From the IMG/VR virus record IMGVR_UViG_3300045988_128491: DNA of 57,627 nucleotides. One strand, given 5' to 3'. This stretch comes from a virus. The notes beneath the pieces are model-generated. The model had not been told where the DNA came from. It ran no database searches and saw nothing but the letters and a program-made list of their open reading frames with translations. Positions 18,032-26,637 of the stretch are shown here, in pieces. Both the position numbers and the translations under genes were made by a program. The stretch's first letter is position 1; every line of letters starts with the position of its first letter.

Positions 18032-18589
18032 TTAGAAAATATCATCGTCCTCGTCGTCATCGTCAATGGCCTCAAAATCCTGCTGAGCAGTAGCTCCACC
18101 GGACAGTTTCTCTCCATCCTTTACTTTCTGGATATTACCAAGACCTGCTCCGATGCCCGTACCGCCTTTCTGATTGTAAGCAAAGAAGTTTACAGTAACA
18201 TTGCAGTAGCAACCGCTATAAACTTCAGACTTATCAATAATATCCTCAACTTTTTTATTAACAATCTGAGGAGCTGTAGTACTTTTTACATTTAGGAACA
18301 TGCAGTCCTCAAACTCGGCACCTTCCATTTCCTCCTCCTCAGCATCCTTCAGCGGATACTTGATAGCTTTGGCTTTTACACCGGCTAACTTATCTTTACC
18401 AGCAACCTTAGCAGCCTCAATAGCTGCTTTAATCTTCTTAATAGTAGTAGTGTCACTCTTAGGTATAAGTAGTACTGCAGTGTACTTGCCTGCATCAAAT
18501 TCCGCTGTTTCAGGCTTTGGCTCCCACACATGAGCATAGGAAAGCCTACATCTAATTAATACTTTTGTTGCAGAATCATATTTCTTCAC
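18032..18589 (-). CDS. DUF2815-family phage protein (putative ssDNA-binding protein)
   Basis: N-terminus MKKYDSATKVLIRCRLSYAHVWEP and acidic C-terminus DDDDEDDDIF. GTG start with AGGAGG RBS. Confidence 0.65.
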   Translation of the reverse strand: MKKYDSATKVLIRCRLSYAHVWEPKPETAEFDAGKYTAVLLIPKSDTTTIKKIKAAIEAAKVAGKDKLAGVKAKAIKYPLKDAEEEEMEGAEFEDCMFLNVKSTTAPQIVNKKVEDIIDKSEVYSGCYCNVTVNFFAYNQKGGTGIGAGLGNIQKVKDGEKLSGGATAQQDFEAIDDDDEDDDIF

Positions 18590-18602
18590 TTTTACATTCC
18601 TC

Positions 18603-19730
18603 CTAATCTAACGCTTCAAAATCATTTTCAGCACTGCTGAATACAGGCCTTGGGTCGCTTTCAGGTACCATAACCGGTTTTCCTTGAGGCTTTATGATGT
18701 AATCACCTAACAGCTTTTCAAATTTCTTCTTGCCTAAAAAGCTCTGCATAGTTGTAATGCTTAACAGCTTGGCAGGCTGGAACACATCTGTGTTTTCAAA
18801 ACCTGCTTCCTGCAAAACATTGGCGATTTCAGCCTCATCGCGGTATCTGCGATTGGCTCGGCCCTCCACCAGCTTCCAGCCTGCAAAATGTCTGCCCTGC
18901 AAAGCCTCATTAAGACAGTAGTCTTTTATGAGGTTTGCATACTTTATCACGCTGTCAGCCTTTCCCAGTACCGCTGCCAGCTCCACATCAGTAAGCAGAT
19001 CTGCAGTTTTACTGGTGTCTATAGCGTTGTACTCTTTTAAGGCTCTACACCTTGGAGCAACCGGGCAGAATCGGCAGTGTTCTCCCGCCTTAGTTTCACC
19101 CTCACCTTTAAATGCCTTTTTAGCTATTGGCTTTATTGACTCACCCCAGGCCAGCAGGTCTTTGATAGGAATAGTTTCCTTTGACCAACCACCATTGCGT
19201 GGCTGAACAATATTAACAGTAACCTCTTTAATGCCATCATATAGCCAGTTTTTAGTATCATACACACCTAAGGCATAAAGTCTTAACTGAGGATTACCTG
19301 CAGCCTGTACAGGAATACCCTTGCCGTACTTCAAATCGAATATTTGAAGTACATTGTCCGTAATTACTACAGCATCAGCAGTGCCAAAACCGCTGGGCAC
19401 CCATTTATCGAAGTCAACTTTTACTTCGGTGTACAACTCTGCCTTGCTTGCTGTTACGGCTTCCATAACTGCTTGTGCGTATTCGTCAACATAATCTTCC
19501 ATAGCCTGAGAGTAATAGGTGGACTTCTTAACCGCATCTATTTCCTTCTTTTCATATTCTGCTTGAAAGAAATCCAGCAGCTTCAGCTCTGCCAGCTTAT
19601 GGGCAACCGTGCCCTCCTCTGCAGCATCTGAGGCCCTGCCATTCTGGTAAGGCTCAGACAATTTAGCTGAGGGTGTACATGCAAGCCATCTATAGGCGGA
19701 ACTGGCCGATAACAAAGCGTGTTTAGACAT
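18603..19730 (-). CDS. DUF2800-family PD-(D/E)XK nuclease (Cas4-like, C-terminal Cys cluster)
   Basis: N-terminus MSKHALLSASSAYRWLACTPS. CRFCPVAPRCRAL cluster. 375 aa. Confidence 0.65.
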   Translation of the reverse strand: MSKHALLSASSAYRWLACTPSAKLSEPYQNGRASDAAEEGTVAHKLAELKLLDFFQAEYEKKEIDAVKKSTYYSQAMEDYVDEYAQAVMEAVTASKAELYTEVKVDFDKWVPSGFGTADAVVITDNVLQIFDLKYGKGIPVQAAGNPQLRLYALGVYDTKNWLYDGIKEVTVNIVQPRNGGWSKETIPIKDLLAWGESIKPIAKKAFKGEGETKAGEHCRFCPVAPRCRALKEYNAIDTSKTADLLTDVELAAVLGKADSVIKYANLIKDYCLNEALQGRHFAGWKLVEGRANRRYRDEAEIANVLQEAGFENTDVFQPAKLLSITTMQSFLGKKKFEKLLGDYIIKPQGKPVMVPESDPRPVFSSAENDFEALD

Positions 19731-20181
19731 CTACACCAATCTCCTCGCAAAGTTCTTTCAGCTCCTCATCAGTGCAGGCAGACAGCTTGTGCTTCTCGCC
19801 CTCCTGGCTGGACTCCTTAACAGCTTTTTTTACCTTCGCAAGAGCAGACTTATCAGTGCTGCAAAGGGACTGGATAGCCTTCAATACAGTAGCCCGGTCA
19901 AACTCTTCCTCGGTACCGCCAATTTCAACATCGTCAGTTTCTTCCTCTGCTGGTTCAGGCTCCTTAGCATTCTTCTTAGCTCTGTTTTTCTTGGCAGTAC
20001 GCTTCCTATCCTCTTCAATAGCTTCAGGAGTAGCAGTTACAGGCTCGGTACAGCCGATATGCTCTGCTACCTTTTCTGCTACACTGTCTGCATTAGCCAC
20101 AGCGGAGATAATGCCTGCCAGCTTCTCCATGCCCTCGGTGTTCAACTTTGCCAAATCCTTTTCGTCAAAAATAATGTTCAT
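19723..20181 (-). CDS. acidic hypothetical protein
   Basis: AGGAGG lies 9 nt before the internal ATG (MNIIFDEK). Confidence 0.45.
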   Translation of the reverse strand: MNIIFDEKDLAKLNTEGMEKLAGIISAVANADSVAEKVAEHIGCTEPVTATPEAIEEDRKRTAKKNRAKKNAKEPEPAEEETDDVEIGGTEEEFDRATVLKAIQSLCSTDKSALAKVKKAVKESSQEGEKHKLSACTDEELKELCEEIGVDV

Positions 20182-20194
20182 AATGTTTTTCCTC

Positions 20195-20407
20195 CTAAAA
20201 ATTAATTTCATTGATTGAGCAGCCTAGCACGACTAAAATTGCAAATACAAAGTCTTTAAAGCGTATCCAAGCCTTGTCATAATACAGCGCGAGTATATTG
20301 TCTATCTCATCAGCTGCTCTCAGAGTACGATACCAAAGAGAATTGTATTTTCTTCTAAGCTGTACTCTTTCCTTTGTGCTTAGGCTTAACCACTCTTTCC
20401 TGGTCAT
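20195..20407 (-). CDS. small protein with a C-terminal transmembrane segment
   Basis: RBS AAGGAGGAA then ATG. ATGA overlap with the upstream gene. Confidence 0.45.
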   Translation of the reverse strand: MTRKEWLSLSTKERVQLRRKYNSLWYRTLRAADEIDNILALYYDKAWIRFKDFVFAILVVLGCSINEINF

Positions 20408-20724
20408 TGCATTTTCCTCCTTGTAGGTATGCTCATTACTTCTGATAACCAAAACTTTCTGTCTGACTTTGGCGGTGTGTAGTATGCAGTCAGTACTCCA
20501 GACTTACAATACTGCTCCATCCTAGCAGTGGAAATTTTTAGTATCTTCCTAACTTCAACAGGCCCAACCAGCCTGTCCTTCCTTACTGGTAGCTCCAGCG
20601 TTTCTTTCCCAGTAGCCTTTAGCAGTTGCAGGAAAGGCACTAAATCGGGATTAGCTGATAGCAGCTCCTTAAGCTGGCTTGCTTTTACCAGTAATTCATC
20701 TAATAGCTCTGTATCAATACCCAT
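20404..20724 (-). CDS. hypothetical protein, possible HTH (excisionase-like) DNA-binding region
   Basis: Segment ILKISTARMEQYCKSGVLTAYY. RBS GTAGGGGG. Confidence 0.45.
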   Translation of the reverse strand: MGIDTELLDELLVKASQLKELLSANPDLVPFLQLLKATGKETLELPVRKDRLVGPVEVRKILKISTARMEQYCKSGVLTAYYTPPKSDRKFWLSEVMSIPTRRKMQ

Positions 20725-20807
20725 AACATGCGCCCCCTACAGTAGAAGCAGTATAACAAGGCACGATAGCAGGCCTACAGCAGTCCACCCTAGTGTAGAT
20801 AAGTAAT

Positions 20808-21011
20808 TCATGTAGTCACCCCCTTTGTGATACACATAAGCAGTTCATCAGGCTTACACCCCAGCAGGTTAGCTAAGGGTAGAATAAACTCTGCTCGAGG
20901 CAAAGAATTACCACGTTCCCATCTACCGTAGGTGAGCAGGGACACATTCAGTGCCCGAGCCACATCTTCCTGGGAAAAGCCTTTTTCTTCTCTGATAGTC
21001 TTAATACTCAT
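20808..21011 (-). CDS. XRE-family HTH regulator (Cro-like)
   Basis: MSIKTIREEKGFSQEDVARALNVSLLTYGRWERG. RBS AAGGAGGTG lies 7 nt before the internal ATG at 21011. Confidence 0.65.
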   Translation of the reverse strand: MSIKTIREEKGFSQEDVARALNVSLLTYGRWERGNSLPRAEFILPLANLLGCKPDELLMCITKGVTT

Positions 21012-21074
21012 TAAATCACCTCCTTTAGCACCCACATAGCAACCACCCCCTTTGTCCACAAATGATTGTGCGGT

Positions 21075-21090
21075 GTTCTAAATTTTCACA
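21075..21090. promoter_or_regulatory. operator-like motif copy 1 (GTTCTAAATTTTCACA)
   Basis: One of four copies of TTCTAAA(A/T)(C/T)TTCACA. Lies 64 bp upstream of the Cro-like gene. Confidence 0.35.
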
Positions 21091-21103
21091 TATGCAGTAA
21101 AAG

Positions 21104-21397
21104 TTAATCTGTTACTGTACAGAAAAACCTTAACTCCTCACCTCTAAGATTCTCCATAGCATACAAATCAGCTTTCCTCCACAGGCTGTCATACAACTCA
21201 GCGAAAGAATTGTTTCCAGCTTCATGGTGTTCCCAAATTTTATGGTTAAGCACCATTACCAGCTCAGTCAAGTACTTGTAATTATCTTTCCAACTCTCAA
21301 AAGCTGTCTTATAAGTGTCCTTTACAGCAGCCTTGCCAAACCTGTCTGCTATGCTGAAATCCATCCAAAAGGTGGTATCAACTCTCTGTATGTCCAT
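21104..21397 (-). CDS. hypothetical protein
   Basis: 97-aa ORF. Confidence 0.5.
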   Translation of the reverse strand: MDIQRVDTTFWMDFSIADRFGKAAVKDTYKTAFESWKDNYKYLTELVMVLNHKIWEHHEAGNNSFAELYDSLWRKADLYAMENLRGEELRFFCTVTD

Positions 21398-21432
21398 TTT
21401 TAGTTCCCTACTTTCACAAATCTTTTTATATA

Positions 21433-21448
21433 GTTCTAAAATTTCACA
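21433..21448. promoter_or_regulatory. operator-like motif copy 2 (GTTCTAAAATTTCACA)
   Basis: Upstream of gene 21104-21397. The 28 bp around it repeat the 21075 region with 2-3 mismatches. Confidence 0.35.
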
Positions 21449-21463
21449 TATGTAGTAAAAAAA

Positions 21464-22405
21464 TTATGCAGCGTCATATTCTTCCCATTCTTTGCCTTTA
21501 GGCTTATGCTTGGAAATACGGTCTTCGTTCATTTCAAACATTAACTCCAGGTGGTCCTTAAGCAAGAAAAGCACCTCGGATGTTATGAACCTAAGAATTA
21601 CTCTGTAGGCAACATCGTTTCCATCAACTACTGAGGTCAAATTTTTTAAAGTCATTGCAAGTGTTGGCCTCTCCAATCCTTTAGCCATATCCACAAGATA
21701 CTGGAAAGAACGATTGCTACCACTGTAGCCTGACATTATTTTCTCTCCCTGCTCCCTAAAGCTCTTATTGAGCCAAATCAATGCTCTTAACATTTCACCT
21801 GCTACTGTGTCAGCTGGTTTTCCTGTCCAACCAAATGGGTCGGCTCCATCACACAAAATTTCTGATAATTTAACAACTGTACCCCAGTTGCCTCCATTGT
21901 CCGATGTTGGATTCTCATTACAATCCAAAGTGTAAAGTGCCTGAGCCTCGTCACTTAACTCTACATCTGCAGGAAGTTCAGCATACTTAATTTCCAGCTC
22001 TTCTGCCTTTGCTTCAAGTGCTGCTTTTACAGCTGTAAGTGCTGCTTTTACAGCTTCACTTCTAGAGGCTTCAAGATTTGTATTTTCTTCCAGCTCCAGC
22101 AGAACTGCCTCTGCTTCGTAATAACTGGCAACATCAGTAACTTTGAACTCTATTTCCTTGCAAAAGCTATATGCGTCCTTGAAGTGAAACTCGAAATTTC
22201 TAGCTGTAAAAGCATAATAGCTGTAAATCATTATATCGAAAGCACTGTTACCTCCCTCAGTTACAGCATAGCAGTCCAAACCAATTAGGTTCTCGCTAGT
22301 GTACCGCAAAGTATACTTCATTGCTGCTTCCAGAGTGTCCCACTCCTTACGAGTGGTATGCTGTCTACCATTTTTATAAGCATGTCTGTAAGTTACGTAT
22401 TTCAT
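21464..22405 (-). CDS. hypothetical 313-aa protein with a central Ala/Glu-rich coiled-coil segment
   Basis: GGAGG RBS. Confidence 0.55.
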   Translation of the reverse strand: MKYVTYRHAYKNGRQHTTRKEWDTLEAAMKYTLRYTSENLIGLDCYAVTEGGNSAFDIMIYSYYAFTARNFEFHFKDAYSFCKEIEFKVTDVASYYEAEAVLLELEENTNLEASRSEAVKAALTAVKAALEAKAEELEIKYAELPADVELSDEAQALYTLDCNENPTSDNGGNWGTVVKLSEILCDGADPFGWTGKPADTVAGEMLRALIWLNKSFREQGEKIMSGYSGSNRSFQYLVDMAKGLERPTLAMTLKNLTSVVDGNDVAYRVILRFITSEVLFLLKDHLELMFEMNEDRISKHKPKGKEWEEYDAA

Positions 22406-22469
22406 AATAAAAAACCTCCATACTAGATACTAGATATTAATTTGTAACATCTTTTTTGTTACTACATAT

Positions 22470-22498
22470 AGTATATGTGATTTTACTGAACTTGTAAA
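22470..22498 (-). promoter_or_regulatory. early promoter P1 (minus strand): -35 TTTACA, 17-nt spacer, -10 TATACT
   Basis: Lies inside a 35-bp sequence duplicated at 23324-23358. Confidence 0.45.
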
Positions 22499-22540
22499 GT
22501 GTTTTATGTGATTTTTAAGAACTTTATTTTTAAATAATTT

Positions 22541-22765
22541 TTATTCCTCCTCTACTATTTCTGTAGCACCTATAGAGGTGATGAAAGCTGACATTTCATC
22601 AGACATTATCTCCCCCTCAACAACCTCGGCTTTTATGATGGCTGGGTTATCCCAGTGACATCCTCTCCATGTAGGGTTGATCTTTTCCCAGTCAAAGACC
22701 TTTGTAAATGTGGAATATTTACCGCCACACCATTCAGTATAACTTTCATATTCAAACCTTTTCAT
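22541..22765 (-). CDS. hypothetical small protein
   Basis: 74 aa. AAGGAG RBS. Confidence 0.5.
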   Translation of the reverse strand: MKRFEYESYTEWCGGKYSTFTKVFDWEKINPTWRGCHWDNPAIIKAEVVEGEIMSDEMSAFITSIGATEIVEEE

Positions 22766-22778
22766 CTTTATGTCTCCT

Positions 22779-23000
22779 TTACACTTCTTCCCATCTGCCC
22801 TGTGGATTCTTAACAGCTATTAAATTCTTGATAAAGCCATTGTTGTCAGTACTAAGACCAAGCTTCAACCAGGTATTTTCAAATACCTGATGCCTGCTGG
22901 CAATTCTCTTTGCGCTAGTGATGCTATCAGCTTTAATCTTCTCAGCCTGACGATATGAATTAAGATTTTCTACTTCTGTGAAATAATATACCTTTTTCAT
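22779..23000 (-). CDS. hypothetical small protein
   Basis: 73 aa. GAGGAG RBS. Confidence 0.5.
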   Translation of the reverse strand: MKKVYYFTEVENLNSYRQAEKIKADSITSAKRIASRHQVFENTWLKLGLSTDNNGFIKNLIAVKNPQGRWEEV

Positions 23001-23002
23001 TT

Positions 23003-23215
23003 TTATTTCTCCTCTGTTGACATTGCCACCAGCAGCTGCTTTTGTGTCTGCAAACTCTTAAGCTCTGCAACAGCCTTAAGAAGTGTAGCAGACTCTCGGC
23101 TGATTCTTAGAGCAACCTCGCAATCGAAGTTACCACCCATGTCATTCAATAATTCCTGAATATCTTTCTTGGCAGCTTCAACCTCTTCCTCTTTTGCCTC
23201 TATGCTCCACTGCAT
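23003..23215 (-). CDS. hypothetical small protein, first gene leftward of the switch region
   Basis: 70-aa ORF. Weak RBS. Confidence 0.4.
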   Translation of the reverse strand: MQWSIEAKEEEVEAAKKDIQELLNDMGGNFDCEVALRISRESATLLKAVAELKSLQTQKQLLVAMSTEEK

Positions 23216-23272
23216 AGACTTGATTCTGTATTCTGGCTCTGTTATTTTATACCACTCCTCTTTTTGTTTATT

Positions 23273-23288
23273 GTTCTAAAACTTCACA
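23273..23288. promoter_or_regulatory. operator-like motif copy 3 (GTTCTAAAACTTCACA)
   Basis: Lies downstream of the P2 transcription start. Confidence 0.35.
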
Positions 23289-23328
23289 TTCAGTGTATAA
23301 CACTTTTGTTGTATCTCTTTTGTTATAT

Positions 23329-23357
23329 AGTATAAGTGATTTTACTGAACTTGTAAA
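23329..23357 (-). promoter_or_regulatory. early promoter P2 (minus strand): -35 TTTACA, 17-nt spacer, -10 TATACT. Duplicate of P1.
   Basis: 35-bp repeat atatagtata(a/t)gtgattttactgaacttgtaaagt. Confidence 0.45.
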
Positions 23358-23365
23358 GTCTTTTT

Positions 23366-23381
23366 TGTGAAGTTTTAGAAC
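23366..23381. promoter_or_regulatory. operator-like motif copy 4 (inverted: TGTGAAGTTTTAGAAC) between divergent promoters
   Basis: Perfect 16-bp inverted repeat of copy 3. Sits between the P2 -35 and the cI promoter -35. Confidence 0.4.
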
Positions 23382-23385
23382 AATA

Positions 23386-23415
23386 TTTACAAGTGACATT
23401 TTTTCACATTATAAT
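23386..23415 (+). promoter_or_regulatory. repressor promoter (plus strand): -35 TTTACA, 18-nt spacer, -10 TATAAT
   Basis: Seen directly upstream of the CI-like gene. Confidence 0.4.
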
Positions 23416-23493
23416 AAGTATATAGCAAAAGTGTTATTACATTATTATATATACAAAAGTGTGATATACCTATTATAAGGGAGAGTGGATAAT

Positions 23494-23934
23494 GTGAAAA
23501 CGAAAGATAAACTACGGAAAATGAGAATGGATAGAGGTCTTTCTCAGCAACAAGTAGCTGATTGTCTTGGCTTAGACCGGAGCACTTATGTAAAGTATGA
23601 GCTAGGCGGCAGCATAAAACTACACGTGGACGACTTAGCTAAATTCTATAATGTCTCAACTGACTACCTTTTGACCGACACGCCCTATATGCAGGCATAC
23701 AAACCGGGAGAAGCCCAGCTCCCCGATAACCTTGTCCCTATTGTAGAGTTGGTAAAGGATTTATTTAAAGATAGACCTGAGATAGTAAAGCTGTTTACTG
23801 GGGGAAGAATAAAAGATGTATTGTCTAATAGTAAGACAGCCAAAAAAAGCCTTACTGATATGACAGAGCAGGAAAAAGAGCATTTTAGAAGTGCACTCTT
23901 GCTTGGATTGAAAGCAGCAGGCTTTACTCTATAA
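23494..23934 (+). CDS. CI-like phage repressor (XRE-family HTH, N-terminal)
   Basis: MRMDRGLSQQQVADCLGLDRSTYVKYELG. GTG start 8 nt after AAGGGAGAG (an alternative GTG at 23485). Plus strand, co-oriented with int. Confidence 0.7.
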   Translation: MKTKDKLRKMRMDRGLSQQQVADCLGLDRSTYVKYELGGSIKLHVDDLAKFYNVSTDYLLTDTPYMQAYKPGEAQLPDNLVPIVELVKDLFKDRPEIVKLFTGGRIKDVLSNSKTAKKSLTDMTEQEKEHFRSALLLGLKAAGFTL

Positions 23935-23988
23935 TAGCTTCAACCGCTGTAAAAAGCGTTGAAAATATTATACAGGGAGGTGTTCTCT

Positions 23989-24054
23989 ATGGAGGATATT
24001 ATAGTTATTATCCTGGAGGACGGAACCACAGTCGTTATCCATTGTGATAAGTAA
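23989..24054 (+). CDS. tiny 21-aa ORF (MEDIIVIILEDGTTVVIHCDK) with a strong RBS. Possible leader or regulatory peptide.
   Basis: AGGGAGGTG lies 8 nt upstream of the ATG. Confidence 0.2.
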   Translation: MEDIIVIILEDGTTVVIHCDK

Positions 24055-24069
24055 GGTGGCGAGCTAACT

Positions 24070-24372
24070 TTGAAAAAGGAAACACGAACCTTTTTAATAC
24101 TCATATTTATTGTACTATTGCTTCCATTCCCCTCAGCTGATGATGAATACAGCTCAGAGGATACTTTTGTAAGCAGTCCTGTTATAGTGTCTTGCTCTGA
24201 TACTATACACAGCCCTGCTAGAGCAAGAGCACCCATAGAAGTATGCTCTATATTCAAGACTTTTGCATTAGTGTTGATTTGTATCTGTGTGCATGTTGAG
24301 GTAAAAAGCAATATAGAATTTTACGGTAGAAAAAGGATTCGTGCCATTGTGCATAGATTCCACCCTGATTAA
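24070..24372 (+). CDS. small protein with an N-terminal signal/transmembrane segment (TTG start)
   Basis: MKKETRTFLILIFIVLLLPFPSADDE. AAGGTGG RBS. Confidence 0.3.
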   Translation: MKKETRTFLILIFIVLLLPFPSADDEYSSEDTFVSSPVIVSCSDTIHSPARARAPIEVCSIFKTFALVLICICVHVEVKSNIEFYGRKRIRAIVHRFHPD

Positions 24373-24389
24373 AAGGAGCATATAAAAAA

Positions 24390-25319
24390 ATGACCGCTAA
24401 AGAATGTGACAAGCTCACACAGCTAACTGAAATTACGGATTTAAAAAAGTATTGGGAGCATGAAGCTTTGGATTTTACCCCCTGGCTTGCCAAGAAGAAA
24501 AATATTGAGTTACTGTCAAAAGCTACAAACCTTAATATTGAGGTGATAGAGACAGAATCCTCCGTTGGTAATTTTTCCGCTGATATTCTAGCCAAGGATC
24601 TGGACAATAACAGAACAATTATTATAGAGAATCAACTAGAGCCTACAGACCATACACACCTTGGGCAAATCATTACATATTTAGCAGGTAAAGAGGCAAG
24701 TATTGTTATTTGGGTAACTAAAAAGGCGCGAGATGAACACATAGCAGCCGTGAACTGGCTTAATGCTCATACGGATGATAGCACTGCATTCTTCTTATGT
24801 GAAACCAAGCTGTATAAAATTGGCGACTCTGCAGCTGCTGTAAATTTTGATGTTATCTGCAAACCTAATGAGTGGGAAAAGGAATCAAGGAGCTCTCTTA
24901 GCACAAAAGAAAAGTATTATTATGATTATTGGTCAGCATTTATTAATTATGCATACAATGTAAAAGAATTCAGCAGTGAGTTTAGGAAAATTACACCGTA
25001 TAAACAGGCTGATTCTCAATTTTATTCCGGTGTAACAGGGTGCTCTATTATCCCCCGCCTGCTACAGAACGGTAAACTGCAGGTAAATTTTAGAATATGG
25101 AATGATAAAAACCTATACCACACTTTAGTTGCAAATAAAGAAGCAATTGAAAAAGCTGTGAGAGTAAATTATGAATGGGCAGAACTTCCTGAGAATAAAG
25201 CAAGCAGGATTTTTATAGAGAAAACATTCAAAAATGCCAAGAGCGAAGAGGCCTTTGCTTGGCTGGCTGAGAACGTTTTAAAAATGAAGAGAACTTTCCA
25301 CAACTATTGCGAGGTGTGA
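24390..25319 (+). CDS. PD-(D/E)XK-nuclease-like protein resembling the DUF4268 family
   Basis: HEALDFTPWLAKK...GNFSADILAKDLDNNRTIIIENQLEPTDHTHLGQIITYLAG (D...E-x-Q nuclease core). 309 aa. Immediately upstream of int and co-oriented with it. Confidence 0.55.
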   Translation: MTAKECDKLTQLTEITDLKKYWEHEALDFTPWLAKKKNIELLSKATNLNIEVIETESSVGNFSADILAKDLDNNRTIIIENQLEPTDHTHLGQIITYLAGKEASIVIWVTKKARDEHIAAVNWLNAHTDDSTAFFLCETKLYKIGDSAAAVNFDVICKPNEWEKESRSSLSTKEKYYYDYWSAFINYAYNVKEFSSEFRKITPYKQADSQFYSGVTGCSIIPRLLQNGKLQVNFRIWNDKNLYHTLVANKEAIEKAVRVNYEWAELPENKASRIFIEKTFKNAKSEEAFAWLAENVLKMKRTFHNYCEV

Positions 25320-25322
25320 TAT

Positions 25323-26531
25323 GTGTCTAAAATAAAAAAAGTTAGAACTAGAAAAAGAGGCAAATCTTACAGTTATATTTTTGAAGCTGGGAAAAAGCCT
25401 GATGGGAAGAGAAATGTCGTAGAAAAAGGAGGCTTTGACACAGAAGAAAAGGCCTATAATGCAGGTATAGAGGCTCTTAATGCTTACCTGCATGGAAACA
25501 TAGCTATCTCCTCAGATAGAATACTTTTTACAGACTATATGGAGCAGTGGCTTGAAAAAGTACACAAATCTGCTGTAGCCCCTCATGTCTATGATATGCA
25601 GGTAAGCTGCTATAGGAATCGTATAGCACCAGCATTCCAAGGCATGTACTTACAGGACATAAAACCTGCGCACATAGATGCATGGTTGAGAATATTAATT
25701 AAAGAAGGGTTAGCTAAGAACTCAATATTAAGCTATAAATCCATACTGCATAGTGCTCTAAATTATGCGGTATATCCTGCTGAATTTATCTCCGTCAACC
25801 CTGCGAGTTTAGTTAAAATACCAAATAATGTAGCTACAAACATTGTTGAGAGAAAAATCATTTCACCTGAAACATATAAAAAGATTATCAATGATAAGCA
25901 GCTAAACCCTGCTGAGAGGCTTGTTGCCATCATTGCTTATCATACAGGTATGAGAATTGCCGAAATCTTAGGCTTAACATGGGAGTGCATTGACTTAGAT
26001 AGAGGACTCATAAAGGTAGCTTATCAGGTGATACGATACAAAGGACAGAGGTACTTCACATCAAAATTGAAAAGGCTTTCCAGCTACAGGGATATTTACA
26101 TAGACCAGGATTTAGTGGATTTGCTGAAAATGTGGCATGACAAGCAGCTAAAATACACAAGTCCTTTTAGCATTATAAATTATGTTGAAGGTATTCCAGG
26201 TAAGATACACATACAGACACAGAAATATTTACCTGAAAATATCATTCCTGTACACTTTGTCTGCCTAAGCAATAAAGGTAAATTGGTATCTTACAGCAAT
26301 GTAGCGGGAAAGCTAAAAAAATATAATCTAAATACCCATTCATTTAGACATACTCATGCAACGATGTTAGTGGAGTCTGGTGCGCCATTAAAGGGTATCA
26401 CAAGCAGATTAGGACATAAAAATGTAGGCCTAACACAAGACATTTATACTCATGCTTCTGAGGCTATTCAGCAGAACACAAGAGATAGTTTTCAGGAGGT
26501 TTTAAATAAAAATAATGCAGACAAAGACTAA
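25323..26531 (+). CDS. int: tyrosine recombinase / phage integrase
   Basis: N-terminal SAM-like region. C-terminal catalytic R...HxxR...Y region (HSFRHTHATML...GHKNVGLTQDIYTHAS). GTG start with GAGGTG RBS. Confidence 0.85.
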   Translation: MSKIKKVRTRKRGKSYSYIFEAGKKPDGKRNVVEKGGFDTEEKAYNAGIEALNAYLHGNIAISSDRILFTDYMEQWLEKVHKSAVAPHVYDMQVSCYRNRIAPAFQGMYLQDIKPAHIDAWLRILIKEGLAKNSILSYKSILHSALNYAVYPAEFISVNPASLVKIPNNVATNIVERKIISPETYKKIINDKQLNPAERLVAIIAYHTGMRIAEILGLTWECIDLDRGLIKVAYQVIRYKGQRYFTSKLKRLSSYRDIYIDQDLVDLLKMWHDKQLKYTSPFSIINYVEGIPGKIHIQTQKYLPENIIPVHFVCLSNKGKLVSYSNVAGKLKKYNLNTHSFRHTHATMLVESGAPLKGITSRLGHKNVGLTQDIYTHASEAIQQNTRDSFQEVLNKNNADKD

Positions 26532-26552
26532 TTGCAGACAATATGCAGACAA
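26516..26552. repeat. three direct copies of TGCAGACAA (26516, 26533, 26544) at the int 3' end. Putative arm-type integrase-binding sites.
   Basis: Copies 2 and 3 are spaced 11 bp apart. Confidence 0.35.
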
Positions 26553-26557
26553 TAAAA

Positions 26558-26596
26558 ACACCAAGAGCCTAACTTAAAAGGTTCTTGGTGTTTTTA
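26558..26596 (+). terminator. rho-independent terminator after int (stem ACACCAAGA / TCTTGGTGT, then T run)
   Basis: aacaccaagagcctaacttaaaaggttcttggtgttttt. Confidence 0.5.
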
Positions 26597-26637
26597 TATA
26601 AATACACCTATTTTACAACACTGATACTGGAGCATTT

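Noticed and set aside
23940-24607. Minus-strand ORFs 23940-24311 and 24254-24607
   Set aside because: They lie antisense to the plus-strand lysogeny genes, have Ser-rich low-complexity translations and no RBS.
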